64,000 bases of DNA from an uncultured Spirochaetota bacterium (GCA_963734495.1 CAVTHK010000006.1:57109-121108), one strand, 5' to 3'; counted from the stretch's first letter, positions 20,340 to 31,257 are shown. Program-made: numbers and translations. The notes: generated from the letters alone by a model not told the origin.

Positions 20340-21326
20340 TCAGTCGTAGCGAATCCGCGGATCGATGACCGCGAGCAGGATGTCCGACAACAGCGTGCCG
20401 ATGACGGTGAGGACACTGATGATCAGCACGATGCTGCCCGAAACGTACATGTCCTCGCTGAGGAGGGCGTTGAACATCGAGGTGCCGACCGTCGGGAGGT
20501 TGAGCACGATCGACACGATCATGGTGCCCGAGACGAGCTGCGGCAGCAGCCAGCCGATGGTGCTCACGATGGGGAGAACCGCGATCTTGAACACGTGCTT
20601 CCAGATCACCGCGCGCTCCGAGAGCCCCTTGGAGCGCGCGGTGCGCACGTACTGCTTGCCGAGCTCATCGAGCACCATCCCGCGCATCACGCGCACGAGC
20701 CACGCGGTCCCGCCCATGCCCACGACGACCACCGGCAGGATCAGGTGCCTGGCGAAGTCCACGAGCTTGCCGAGGCTCCACGGGGCCCCGTCGTATTCGG
20801 CCGAGAAGAGCCCGCCGAGGCTCCAGCCGAACGCCGTGTAGAAGAAGTACATGAGGACGAGGGCGACCAGGAACTCGGGCACCGACCTGCCCAGAAACGA
20901 GACAAAGGTGAAGGTGTAGTCGAAGCCGCTGTACTGCTTGACGGCGGAGGTGACCCCCAGCGGTATGGCGAAGGCCCAGGTGAACACGAGCGTGAGCAGA
21001 GTCACGAAGACCGTGATCGGCACGCGCTCTCTCAGGATCTCGGAGACCGCCTGGTTGGTGGAAAAGCTCTGCCCGAAGTCGCCCCGCAGGACGATGCCCT
21101 CGATCCAGAGGAGGAACTGGACATGCATCGGCTGGTCGAGACCGTAACGGACGCGCAGGAGCTGCGCCTGGCTCTCGGCGACGTTTCCGTACTGCTGGGC
21201 CAGGTTGTCCAGCTGGCTCGTGAGAAAGTCGCCCGGCGGCGCCTGGATGATGACGAACGAGATGAGAGCGATCAGGAACAGCGTCGGGATCATGTAGAGG
21301 ATGCGCCTGATGATGTAAGAGAACAT
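20340..21326 (-). CDS. Opp/Dpp-family ABC permease (OppB-like)
   Basis: YIIRRIL, PPGD, GDFGQS, YVRTARSKGL, IDPRIRY. Confidence 0.95.
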   Translation of the reverse strand: MFSYIIRRILYMIPTLFLIALISFVIIQAPPGDFLTSQLDNLAQQYGNVAESQAQLLRVRYGLDQPMHVQFLLWIEGIVLRGDFGQSFSTNQAVSEILRERVPITVFVTLLTLVFTWAFAIPLGVTSAVKQYSGFDYTFTFVSFLGRSVPEFLVALVLMYFFYTAFGWSLGGLFSAEYDGAPWSLGKLVDFARHLILPVVVVGMGGTAWLVRVMRGMVLDELGKQYVRTARSKGLSERAVIWKHVFKIAVLPIVSTIGWLLPQLVSGTMIVSIVLNLPTVGTSMFNALLSEDMYVSGSIVLIISVLTVIGTLLSDILLAVIDPRIRYD

Positions 21327-21356
21327 GGGCAGCCCTCAGGATTCCGCGGAAAGGAA

Positions 21357-21385
21357 CCGTCGGGCCGGCCGGACCGGCCCGACGG
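21357..21385 (-). other. Intercistronic stem-loop after the solute-binding protein gene
   Basis: CCGTCGGGCCGG-ccgga-CCGGCCCGACGG, perfect 12-bp stem. Confidence 0.65.
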
Positions 21386-21398
21386 CGTTCTGCTATGA

Positions 21399-23462
21399 CT
21401 ATGGCTCCAGGTACCACTGCATGGGGTAATAGACGTACATGTACCCGGTGCGCCAGTCCCAGATGCCCTTGGTCGGCACGTTTTTCAGCTTGTTGGAAAC
21501 CATGATCGGCTGCGGCGCCATCGAGACGGTCCCGATGTACCACAGGTTCTCGGCCTGCGCCTTGAGCAGCTTGTCCGCGGCCTCGTCGCGCTTCTTGGGG
21601 TCGATGTCGGTCCCGAGGATGTCGCGGTACGCGTTGAGCTGCTTCATCAGCGGGGGAGGTTCCACGCCCTTCTCGCCGTTGCTGATGTAGTAGTTCCGCC
21701 AGCCCGGCCACGGGGTGTCCTTGCCGCTGTCGGCTCCCGCCGGTGCCAGGTCCCGGTCCGCGCCGCCGAATGAGGTGTCCGTCATCTGGTCCATGAGCAG
21801 CGCGTGGGCGTCGCCCTTGTTGGTGGGCCAGAACGTGTCGTGCAGCGAGCGGGCGACCTGCTTGGTGTCGAACTTGAGCCCCACGGCGTCCAGCTTGGCT
21901 TTGATCAGCTCGACGACCGGCGCAGGGTCGACCGTTCCGACGATGGCAAAGATCATCTGCGGGCTGAACTTCTTGCCGCTCGGCGTCTCACGCCAGCCGT
22001 CGCCGTCCCTGTCCTTCATGCCCATCTCGTCGAGCAGCCTCTTGGACTCCTCCGGCTTGTACTCGACGTACGCCTGGGCGTACTCGGGCTTGAAGTAGCG
22101 GCTCGTCGGCGGGATGGTCGCCTGCATGACGATGGCCTGCCCGAAGTAGACCTTGTCGTTGATCTCGTTGCGATCAATGGCCTGCGAGACCGCTCGGCGG
22201 AAACGCACGTCGTTGAAGACCGCGTACATGTCGGGGTTCTCGTGCGAGAGGTTCAGCAGCACCACGATGTCCGATCCGTACGCCCTGCTGTAGATCAGGG
22301 TCTTGTAGCCGGACTTCTGCTCGTTGGCCTTGTACAGCGGGATGTTGGGGGTCTGGGTAAAGCGCCCCGACAGGTGGGCCTCGCCGGTCACCATCTTGGC
22401 GGCCGCGATCTCGGGGTTGGCGGCGATGTTGACCCGCACCTTGTCGATGTACGGAAGCTGGTTGCCCTGCGTGTCCACGAAGGGCCAGTAGGGGTTGCGC
22501 TCCCACATCATGTAGGTCTCGGTGCGCTCCGTCACGACGTAGGGCGAGATGACCGGCTTCTGGGCCTCCCACTCGGGGTGGTCGTGCGAGTCGTTGGAGA
22601 CGCGCAGGTAGTACTGCCACCATTCCTTCAATCCCACCTTCTTCGCCATCTCGGTGATCTTGTCCACCGGCGTGAAGTCAGGATGGAAAGCCTTGAGATA
22701 ATGGGCGGGAGGGATGGGGACGATCGGGAACAGGTTGGCGTAGAAGTTGTAGTCGTGGAAGCGCGGATTGGGCTTGGCGAAGATAAAGGTCACCGTGTAG
22801 TCGTCGACCTTTTTGAACCCCGTCATCGCGATCGGCGTGATCTTGTCCGGCGGGGTCGGCGTCAGGTTCTTGTTGAAAGCGACGTGCTCCCACCAGAACT
22901 CGAGGTCCGCGGCCGTGAACGGCGCGCCGTCCGACCACTTGAGCCCCTTGCGCAGCTTGAGGGTGAGCTGCGTAAAGTCGGGCGAGTAGCTCCAGCCCTC
23001 GAGTATGAAGGGCACGGTCCTGCGGCCATCGGGGGTGGGGCGCCCGGGCCCGGGTTGGTGCTCCGGCCACTTGAAGAACATCGTGTCGCCGCGGTAGTTC
23101 GGCTCGGCCCAGACGATCGCGGTGCCGCCGTAGGTTCCGACCTTCTCGTAAGGCTCGACGACCGGCGGATCCGCAGGCAGTCGGTCCTTGACCGCCGGAA
23201 GCTTGCCCGCCTTGACCCGCTCGGCGAGCATCGGCGACTCCTGGTAGGCCTTGATGCCTGCCTGCGACGCGAGCTTGGGGGCTTCGTACCAGCTCTTGGG
23301 GACCTTCGCGTCGACGTACCGGCTGATGTCGGTTTGCACAGCCTCCTTCGGACCGGCTGCGGCCGAGTCGGCCCCTCCGCTCTTCTCGCCGGTCGCTCCA
23401 GCCCACAAGGGCAGCGCGAAACAGAACGCCATGAGAACGAGGAACACAACGAGCCTGCTCAT
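21399..23462 (-). CDS. ABC solute-binding protein, family 5 (probably oligosaccharide-binding)
   Basis: Signal peptide; ESPMLAERVKAGKLPAVKDRLP, LRKGLKWSDGAPFTA, ERNPYWPFVDTQGNQLPYID. Confidence 0.92.
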   Translation of the reverse strand: MSRLVVFLVLMAFCFALPLWAGATGEKSGGADSAAAGPKEAVQTDISRYVDAKVPKSWYEAPKLASQAGIKAYQESPMLAERVKAGKLPAVKDRLPADPPVVEPYEKVGTYGGTAIVWAEPNYRGDTMFFKWPEHQPGPGRPTPDGRRTVPFILEGWSYSPDFTQLTLKLRKGLKWSDGAPFTAADLEFWWEHVAFNKNLTPTPPDKITPIAMTGFKKVDDYTVTFIFAKPNPRFHDYNFYANLFPIVPIPPAHYLKAFHPDFTPVDKITEMAKKVGLKEWWQYYLRVSNDSHDHPEWEAQKPVISPYVVTERTETYMMWERNPYWPFVDTQGNQLPYIDKVRVNIAANPEIAAAKMVTGEAHLSGRFTQTPNIPLYKANEQKSGYKTLIYSRAYGSDIVVLLNLSHENPDMYAVFNDVRFRRAVSQAIDRNEINDKVYFGQAIVMQATIPPTSRYFKPEYAQAYVEYKPEESKRLLDEMGMKDRDGDGWRETPSGKKFSPQMIFAIVGTVDPAPVVELIKAKLDAVGLKFDTKQVARSLHDTFWPTNKGDAHALLMDQMTDTSFGGADRDLAPAGADSGKDTPWPGWRNYYISNGEKGVEPPPLMKQLNAYRDILGTDIDPKKRDEAADKLLKAQAENLWYIGTVSMAPQPIMVSNKLKNVPTKGIWDWRTGYMYVYYPMQWYLEP

Positions 23463-23549
23463 GATCGATCGCTCCTTTTGTTGCAAGGTCGGACCGGATT
23501 CGAACGCGCCGTCAACGCCGCCTGGACTTCGCACCTCCTCGAGCGATGC

Positions 23550-23603
23550 ATTATATACCGGAATCCGCCAGCCGTGTTCATGAAAATCGTTCACCGATTT
23601 TCA
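23550..23603 (-). promoter_or_regulatory. -10 box and palindromic operator upstream of the ABC operon
   Basis: TATAAT (minus strand, 23550-23555); perfect inverted repeat TGAAAATCG-N5-CGATTTTCA at 23581-23603. Confidence 0.65.
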
Positions 23604-23628
23604 CGGTCAGGCGCATCGGCGCGCGGCT

Positions 23629-24540
23629 TCAGCCGCCGCCGCGGACCGCGACGGAGGTGTGGCGGCCGACTTCGGCGACCCAGGCGGCCAGCGAGTCGGC
23701 GGAGGGAGTGTTCGTTTGCGGCAGCGTGGGCGCGCGGCCGAGACCGGGCAGCTTGGAGGTGCCCAGAGGATGATATGGAAGAAGGTCTACGCGCGCCACG
23801 CCCTCGAGCCTCGCGGCCAGCTCGCCGATCGCGCGCAGGTGGCCGGGCCTGTCGTTCAGGCCCGGGATGAGCGGGCAGCGCAGGATGATGCGAGCGCCGG
23901 ACCGCGAGAGGCGCTCGAGATTCGCCAGGATGAGCCGGCCGTCGGCGCCGGTCAGGCGCTCGTGCGCTTCGGGGTCGGTCTCCTTGACGTCGAAGAGGAA
24001 GAGGTCCACGCGGCCGAGCAGCGCCTCGAGGCGTTCCCACGGCGCCTGGCCGCTGGTGTCGAGGCAGGTGTGCAGCCCCTGCGCCTTCGCGGCAGCAAGC
24101 AGAGCGGCCGTGAATTCATGCTGGAACAGGGGCTCACCGCCGGAGATCGTCATGCCGCCGCCCGAGGTCTCGTAGAAGGGCCTGTCCGACAGCACCTGCT
24201 CCATCACCTGCTCGACGGTCATGGAGCGGCCGACCCGCTCGAGGGCGCCGGAGTAGCACTGCTCGGAGCAGAGCCCGCAGCGCACGCACTCCGTCCGGTC
24301 GAAGGCGTGCTTGCCGTCGACGGCGCGGTGGCATCCGTGGGGGCAGACCCCGACGCACGCGAGGCAGCCGATGCAGCGGTCAGGTCTCCATGCGAGCTCG
24401 GGCTGCGGATCCATCGACTCGGGGTTGTGGCACCAGAGGCAGCGCAGCGGGCAGCCTTTGAGAAAGACGGTCGTGCGGATGCCCGGGCCGTCGTGAATCG
24501 CGAACCGCTGGATGTCGAAGACGAGGCCTGCGATGCCCAT
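23629..24540 (-). CDS. Glycyl-radical enzyme activating enzyme (radical SAM with ferredoxin insert)
   Basis: IQRFAIHDGPGIRTTVFLKGCPLRCLWCHNPES; two CxxCxxCxxxC ferredoxin motifs; SGGEP; LLPYH. Confidence 0.96.
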   Translation of the reverse strand: MGIAGLVFDIQRFAIHDGPGIRTTVFLKGCPLRCLWCHNPESMDPQPELAWRPDRCIGCLACVGVCPHGCHRAVDGKHAFDRTECVRCGLCSEQCYSGALERVGRSMTVEQVMEQVLSDRPFYETSGGGMTISGGEPLFQHEFTAALLAAAKAQGLHTCLDTSGQAPWERLEALLGRVDLFLFDVKETDPEAHERLTGADGRLILANLERLSRSGARIILRCPLIPGLNDRPGHLRAIGELAARLEGVARVDLLPYHPLGTSKLPGLGRAPTLPQTNTPSADSLAAWVAEVGRHTSVAVRGGG

Positions 24541-24550
24541 CGTTTGAGGG

Positions 24551-24580
24551 AGTGTAGCCGGGGCCGGCGCGGCGCGGCAA
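24551..24580 (-). promoter_or_regulatory. Candidate internal promoter for the activase gene
   Basis: Minus strand TTGCCG-18 nt-TACACT, 10 nt before the ATG. Confidence 0.5.
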
Positions 24581-24587
24581 CAGCCTC

Positions 24588-25440
24588 TCAGTGCCCTCTC
24601 GAGCGCCCGAGGAGGCTCGCCACGACGGCGGCGAGCGCCGGCCGCTCCGCCGCATCCTTGAAGCCGGCCATGCGGCCGTAGATCTCGGCCGCGGCCTCGT
24701 GGAAGCCGCGCGGAAGCCCGGCGCTCTCCATGGTCGCCGCGATCTCCAGCATTTCGCCGACAAAGCGCCACGCCTTGGCCGTCACGGAGCGCGTGCGGTC
24801 CGAGGCGCCGGAGGCAAGCTCGGGTTGCGAAATGGCCCATTCGCTGCGCAGGCTCGCGTCCACGCCTTCGGCCTCGGCCAGGGCGAGCACGGCGGCGACG
24901 AGCGCCTGGCTGCCCTTGGTCCAGGCCGAGTAGGCCATCTTCAGGGCCGACGCGGCCCCGACCGGCCCGCGCAGGTCGATCGCTTCGAGCGGGCTTCCCG
25001 CGAAGAGCTCCACGGCCTCGGCGGCCCGCGGCCCGCTCACGTAGAGGCGAGTCGTCTTCGGCTTCCACGGAGGACCGCCGATGATGCCGCCGTCGATGCA
25101 GCGGCCGCCTCCGCCTTCGACGAGGGCCGCGATCTCGCGCGCCCGGGCGGGCGAGACCGCATTCGCGTCGAGGTACGTGCCGCTGAACCCGAAGTTCATG
25201 ACTGCCGCGGCGACGTCTCGCGCCGAGGCCGGCGGCACGACGCTCACGATCATCGTGCTTCGCTCGACGAGCGACCGGAGCGCGCCCGCGTCCTCGAGGC
25301 CCGCCCTGGCCGCGCGCCGGCTGCTCGCCGCGCTCCGGCCTTCGGAAGCCCAGAGGACCGCGGCCCCGGAGCCGCGAGCCGCGGCGCCGACCGCCGATCC
25401 CATCTCGCCGGGACAAAGGAGTCCCACTGTTGCATGCGCA
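24588..25440 (-). CDS. NAD(P)-dependent oxidoreductase (6-phosphogluconate/3-hydroxyisobutyrate dehydrogenase-like, DUF1932 type); body downstream of the group II intron
   Basis: VGLLCPGEMGSAVG Rossmann motif, DANAVSP, DGGIIGGPP, ASALKMAYSAWTKG, KAWRFVGEM; in-frame ATG found only across the intron (27386). Confidence 0.88.
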
Positions 25441-27375
25441 ATTGGTCGATTACTGGCGCGGTACCGCTAACGCGGCCCGTTTCCAGTTCCTCCTTTCAAA
25501 CTGTGCGTGCGGTTTTCCCGCACACAGCTTACCGATGGTTTTCCTGAGACGGCTTGCGCGGGGTATCGCACGGTCCCGGCGAGCTTGTACAGGCCCAGGT
25601 CCCATAGTCGTTGCGGGGCCACCGGTCATAGCGGAAGCGCGTGCGCTGTCCGCCCCGGCGTCTCTTGCCAGTCGAGTACCCGTTTATACACGTAGGTGTC
25701 CATCTCTTTGAACTTCGCCTGCGAGTTTCCCGTCTGGAAGTAGTTGCCCCACCCGCGCAGCACCGGGTTCAGCAGCTCGATCAAGCTCATCCAGTCTTCC
25801 GGGCCGGACCGCTGCGCACGTCGGTCAGCTCATGGACCCGGGTACGAATGCGCTTCATCGCCTTGGGCGACGGCCACCGCTGCACGAAGTGCACCCGCGG
25901 ATTCCGCAGGATGCTTCGTCGCTTGCGCACTGTCCACCCAAGAAACTGAAAGCTCCTTCGCCTCGGTTGAGCCTGACCACGCGCGTCTTCTCGGGATGCA
26001 GCTCCAGGCCCAGGCGCCCCATGATGATCCGTATGCGCCTGAGGGCTTCCTGCGCCTGCCGACTCGCGGCGACACAGCACCACGAAGTCATCGGCATACC
26101 GCACCAGGACTCCCAGGTGCGAGCACCTGTCCGTCCAGATGCGGTCCAGAACATCCAGGTAGATGTTCGCCAGCAGCGGCGAGATCACGCCCCCTTGCGG
26201 CGTTCCCGCCAGCGTCTCTCTCACCGTCCCGTCTTCCATCACTCCTGCCTGTAACCACTGTCGGATCAGCTTCAGCACGCGCCGATCCGAGACCCGCTCC
26301 GTCACCAGCCGCAGCAGCTTCCTCTGGTCGATGCTGTCGAAGTAGCCTCGGATGTCCGCGTCGACCACCACGTTGTAGCCCCGGTTGCCAGCCTCACGGA
26401 TGGCCTCCATCGCCTGCGTCGCGCTGCGCCTCGGGCGGAACCCGTAGCTGCAATCCTCGAAAGTCCGCCTCGAAGATCGGTTCGATGACGAGCTTCGTCG
26501 CCATCTGCACCACCCGGTCGCGCACCGTCGGTATCCCCAGCGGCCGCTGCTTTCCGTCTCCCTTCGGGATGTACCGCCTTCGCACCGGCGCCGGTCGGTA
26601 CTTGCCTGCCTTCAGGGTAGCCTCAATCCCTCGCAGGAACTCAGCCACCCCTCCGTCCTCGATGTCAGCGAGCGTCTCTCTGTCCACACCAGCCGCACCG
26701 CCGTTGGCCCGCACTCGCTCCCACGCTTCCCACAGGACGTCACTCCTGTAGATCCGGTCGTACAGCGCGTGGAACCGCCGCGTCCTACTCCGCTTGGCAC
26801 ACATCCATAGCCGTCGTTGGAGTTCTCGCACTTTGTCTGTGGGGTTGTTGGGTCCTTCGACCATGCCCTCGCGCTTACCTCCGCCTCCGGCGTAACCAAA
26901 GCAGGGCCCCTTCCCTCCAGCGGTTTCTCGCCGCCTTCCCCGGTACTATGAGCCCCTCGGACTCCCTCCCGGCTCCGCGCGATTTCGGTCTACCCCTTAT
27001 ACGCGCGGTCTTCGCCCGACAAGGCGCACCGGGTAGGGTCTCTCGTGTTCCGCACCATCCCTTCAAAACGTGCCGTCGCCAGTACCCCGGGGATGTCCAG
27101 TGCTCTTCCGGATCACGAGTCACTGTCTGTTGCCTTCGCCGCGACATGAGCGGCTCGGCCATCCCGATCCACCTTTCGGCTGATAATCTGTCGAGGCTTG
27201 CTCGGCGTTCACTGCGCGTTACGGCCCGCTTCCTTGCTCCCTCCTGTCAGAGGCCTTCGACGGTCCGCTCAGCCGCAGGGATCTCTCCCCACAACCGGAC
27301 CCTGCTACCGGGCGCTCCGGCGCTTACCTGGGCGGGACTCTCACCCGCTGGGGCGATGCAGCTTTCACGACGCAC
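25441..27375 (-). mobile_element. Group II intron (about 1.9 kb, RT-encoding, no endonuclease domain)
   Basis: 5' end GTGCG at 27375; domain V AGCTGTGTGCGGGAAAACCGCACGCACAGTT; 3' end ...CGACCAAT at 25441; EBS1 loop UCAUGUC (27143-27149) complementary to 5' exon ...GCCATG. Confidence 0.93.
25467..26864 (-). CDS. ltrA: Group II intron reverse transcriptase/maturase (several frameshifts as sequenced)
   Basis: [74 protein letters not shown]-terminus overlaps domains V-VI. Confidence 0.9.
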
Positions 27376-27424
27376 CATGGCGCCATCCTATCATAGGGCC
27401 GCGCCCGGCGTTCGGGTGAAGCCC

Positions 27425-27462
27425 TTGACCGGGCCGGGCCCCGCCTCTACGCTCGCGCTATG
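27425..27462 (+). promoter_or_regulatory. sigma70 promoter with probable leaderless start for the glycyl-radical enzyme
   Basis: TTGACC-17 nt-TACGCT-6 nt-ATG (27460); no SD. Confidence 0.7.
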
Positions 27463-29620
27463 AGCGTCCCCAGTCGCCGCCGCAGAGCTGACCTTCGCAG
27501 ACCGCATCCGACTGCTGCGCGAGAAGAAGATCCGCCAGACGCAGGAGAAGCTCGCGAAGAACGGCCCGATGGACGAGGACGATTACGGGACCGTCCTTCC
27601 GCCCGAGGGCTTCGTATGGAAGCCGATCCCCAACCATGCGAACGGCAGCTTCTACGGGCTCGACGGCTGGGCGCGCAACTTCCGCTCGCTCATGGAGTGC
27701 CACCCGACCTACGTCGACCCGCTGGACGCGCTGGCCGGGCGCTGGATGGTCTTCATGTCTCGCCTGCGGCCGGTCAAATGGAAACCGGAGCTGGACTACT
27801 CGCGCCTCAAGCCGTACCACGAGCTCTACGGCATCATCCCCGGGATCGGAGCGGACAGCCACTTCGCGCCCGACTACCGCATCGGTCTCGAGCTCGGCTG
27901 GGGCGGCTTGCTGGATCGGGTGCGCCGATGCCGCGCCGCCCGGGGAGCCGACAAGGCCGCGTTCTACCAGGCCGAGGAGGACACGATCCTCGGCGTGCAG
28001 AGCTGGATCAGGCGCACGGTCGCCGCGATTCGCGAAGCGGAGTCCCGCGAGCCGCGGCCGGAGCTGCGGCGGAACCTCCGCGAGATGGCCGACGTCAACG
28101 AGCGCCTGGTGAGCGGCGCGCCGCGCACGCTTCGCGAAGCCTGCCAGTGGATCGCCTGGTACAACATGGCCTCGCGCACGTACAACCGCGACGGGGCCGG
28201 CGGCCAGCTCGACGAGCTGCTTCGCCCCTACTACGAGCGCGACCTCGCGGCGGGGAGAGTCGACGACGAGGAGGCGACCTTTGTCTTCGCCTGTCTTCTC
28301 CTCAACGACGCGCACTACTACCAGATCGGCGGGCCCGGCCCCGACGGCCGCGACGTGACGTCGAAGGTCTCGTTCCTCATCCTCGAGGCCGCCCACCGCA
28401 TGGGCGTCTCCGCGAACCTCACGATCCGCGTGCACGAGGGCCTCGACAACGAGCTCTTCCTCAAGAGCGTCCGCCACCTGTTCGAGGACAGGCTCGGCTG
28501 GCCGCGCTACTCCGGCGACAAGGCGCTCGTCGACGGGTTCATGCGCAACGGCTATCCGGCCGAGCTCGCGCGCAGCCGCATCGCGGTCGGGTGCCACTGG
28601 ATGGCGATCCCGGGCCGGGAGTACACGCTCAACGACTGCGTCAAGATCAACATGGCGAAGGTGTTCGAAGCCGCGTTCTCGGAGCGGGGCGAGCGCACGG
28701 TCGAGGCGCTCTGGCGCCGCTTCGAAGCCCACCTCGAGCGCGCGGTGGCGGTCGTGGCGGAGGGGATCGACTTTCACCTCGCGCATCAGAAGGACAACAG
28801 CCCCGAGCTCATGCTGAACCTCCTCTGCCGCGGGCCGATCGAAAAGGGCGTCGACGTCACCGACGGCGGCGTCGAGATGTACAACATGTGCGTCGACGGG
28901 ACCGCGCTCGCCACGGTCGCGGACTCGTTCGCCGCCGTCGAGCAGCGCGTCGAGCGGGAGCGCCGCCTGAGCTGGGACGAGCTGGCCGCGGCGCTCCGCC
29001 GGGATTTCGCCGGCGTCGAGGGCGAGCGCGTGCGCCTGATGCTCCGCGCGAGCGAGCGCTACGGGCAGCCCGGTTCGCTCGGCGAGAAGTGGGCGGTGCG
29101 CCTCTCGCGCCGGTTCACCGAGCTCGTCAAGGCCGGGCCCACGCCGGGCGGCCGCATCATGATCCCGGGCTGGTTCAGCTGGTCGAACACGATCGCCATG
29201 GGGAAGGTCGTCGGCGCGACGCCTAACGGAAGGCATGCGGCCGCCCCGATCTCGCACGGCGCGAACCCCGACCCCGGCTTCGCCCGCGACTCCGCGCCGA
29301 CGCTGATGGCGCGGGCTATCGCGAAGATCCAGCCGGGCTACGGCAACACCGCGCCGATTCAGCTCGAGCTCGACCCGGGCGCCGCGCGCGGCGACGACGG
29401 GATCGCGAAGGTCGCGGCGCTCATCCGCACGCACTTCGAGCTTGGCGGGACCCTGTTCAACATCAACGTGATCGACGCGAAGCAGATCCGCGAGGCCCAC
29501 GCCGACCCCTCGAAGCATCCCGACCTCGTCGTGCGCGTGACGGGCTTTACCGCCTACTTCGCGGCGCTCTCGCCCGAGTTCCGGCAGCTCGTGGTCGACC
29601 GCATCATCGATGAAGGGTGA
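27460..29620 (+). CDS. Glycyl-radical enzyme of unknown function (PFL superfamily)
   Basis: C-terminal DLVVRVTGFTAYF glycyl motif, GATPNGR, cysteine loop IAVGCHW; extending from 27569 to ATG 27460 needs removal of one C in CCCC (27468-27471). Confidence 0.93.
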
Positions 29621-29624
29621 GCCT

Positions 29625-30827
29625 ATGGAAGAGAGCCGCCTGCGCGCGCTGAGCGCGTCTTTCAGGACCGCGTTGCTCCAGGACACGCTCCCCTTCTGGA
29701 TCGACCACTGCGTGGATCGCCGTTACGGCGGCTTCGCGACGTTCGTCGACCGCAGGGGAGAGCCGCTCTCGGGCGACAAGGGCGGCTGGGTGCAGGGCCG
29801 CTTCACGTGGCTGCTCGCGCGGCTGTACAACACGCTCGAGAAGCGGCCCGAATGGCTGGCGCTCTCGCGTCACGGCATCGAGTTCATCGAGCGCTGCGGC
29901 ATCTCGCCCGAGGGACGCGTGTACTTCACCCTCACGCGCGAGGGGAAGCCGCTGCGCCTGCGCCGCTACATCTACGCCGAGACCTTTGCCGCCATCGCGT
30001 TTGCCGAGTATGGCCGGGCTGCCGGCGATGCGGCGCGCGTAGCTCGCGCTCGGGCCCTCATGGAGATGGTCGAGCGTTTGCTCTCGACGCCGGGCGCGCT
30101 CGCGCCCAAGTTCTTTCCCGACGCGTTCCAGGCGCGCTCCCACGCCGTCGCGATGATCCGGGTCGCCACCTACCAGATCCTGCGCGAGGCCGACCCCGCG
30201 AACGCGGCGAATTACAGCGCGCTCATCGACCGCTCGATCGCCGAGATCTTCGACCTGTTTCTCAAGCCCGAGCGGCGGGCCCTGCTCGAGACCGTCGGCC
30301 CGGGCGGCGAGATGCTCGACGGTCCGGCTGGACGCTGCGTGAACCCGGGCCACGCGATCGAGACCTGCTGGTTCCTGATGACGGAGGCGCGGTTCCGCCG
30401 CGACCGGGCGCTGCTCGAGCGCGCGCTGCCGATCCTCGACTGGTCGCTCGAGCGCGGGTGGGACCCGGTGCACGGCGGCCTCTTCTCGTTCGTCGACGTC
30501 GAAGGCCGCCAGCCCGAGCAGGTCGAGTGGGACATGAAGTACTGGTGGCCCCACACCGAGGCGATCTACGCCACGCTGCTGGCGCACGCGCTCACGGGCC
30601 GCGCTTCCTACGCGGAGTGGTTCGAGCGCGTCCTCGACTGGGCGCTGGCCCATTTCCCCGACCGCGAGCACGGCGAGTGGTTCGGCTACCTGCACCGCGA
30701 CGGTTCCGTCGCCATGGACCTCAAGGGCAACAACTGGAAGGGGCCGTTTCACCTTCCGCGCGCCCAGCTCTACTGCGCCCTGCTGCTCGAGGAGATGATC
30801 GGCCGCGGCGTGCCGCTGCCGTTGTGA
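29625..30827 (+). CDS. AGE-family epimerase/isomerase (N-acylglucosamine 2-epimerase-like)
   Basis: LPFW, DKGGWVQGRFTW, NPGHAIETCWF, KYWWPHTE, GEWFGYL, KGPFHLPR. Confidence 0.92.
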   Translation: MEESRLRALSASFRTALLQDTLPFWIDHCVDRRYGGFATFVDRRGEPLSGDKGGWVQGRFTWLLARLYNTLEKRPEWLALSRHGIEFIERCGISPEGRVYFTLTREGKPLRLRRYIYAETFAAIAFAEYGRAAGDAARVARARALMEMVERLLSTPGALAPKFFPDAFQARSHAVAMIRVATYQILREADPANAANYSALIDRSIAEIFDLFLKPERRALLETVGPGGEMLDGPAGRCVNPGHAIETCWFLMTEARFRRDRALLERALPILDWSLERGWDPVHGGLFSFVDVEGRQPEQVEWDMKYWWPHTEAIYATLLAHALTGRASYAEWFERVLDWALAHFPDREHGEWFGYLHRDGSVAMDLKGNNWKGPFHLPRAQLYCALLLEEMIGRGVPLPL

Positions 30828-30891
30828 GGCGGGCGCGGCGGGCGCGGATCGCCGAGGTGCTGGCGCGGCTCGAGAAGGCGGAGCCGACGCC

Positions 30892-31257
30892 GTGAGCGAT
30901 CTCCTGCGGCAGCGTGCGCGGCGCATACGGGAACAGGCCCTGATCCGGGCATGGGAGTACCGTCAGCGGCACACCAGCCATGGCGTGTGGCACCGTCTCC
31001 GGCGCGTGCTCGTGGATGCGGCCGAGGCCTGGGTCATCAGTGAAGAGGATGCCGACCGGCTCGAGAGTCGCGGTCATGCTCCCCTGCCTGTCGGCCGCGA
31101 GCTGGAACCTCCCAAGCGAATCTTCTTCGTGACGAAAGACGAGCTGAGCACGCTCTCGGACCGCCGCCAGGTACCGGTACGCCTCTCCCGCGAGCTTCTG
31201 CTTGCGCGCAGCGTCGCGCTGGTCGGTCACCCCGAGGAAGTCTCGCGTTCCCGGTGA
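30892..31257 (+). CDS. Hypothetical protein
   Basis: 121-aa ORF with GTG start after GGAG and protein-like composition; no recognised motif. Confidence 0.6.
   Translation: MSDLLRQRARRIREQALIRAWEYRQRHTSHGVWHRLRRVLVDAAEAWVISEEDADRLESRGHAPLPVGRELEPPKRIFFVTKDELSTLSDRRQVPVRLSRELLLARSVALVGHPEEVSRSR

Noticed and set aside
23629-25416. 595-aa ORF suggesting an N-terminally extended activase
   Set aside because: The extension is an alternative frame of the upstream dehydrogenase; activase homology starts at 24540.
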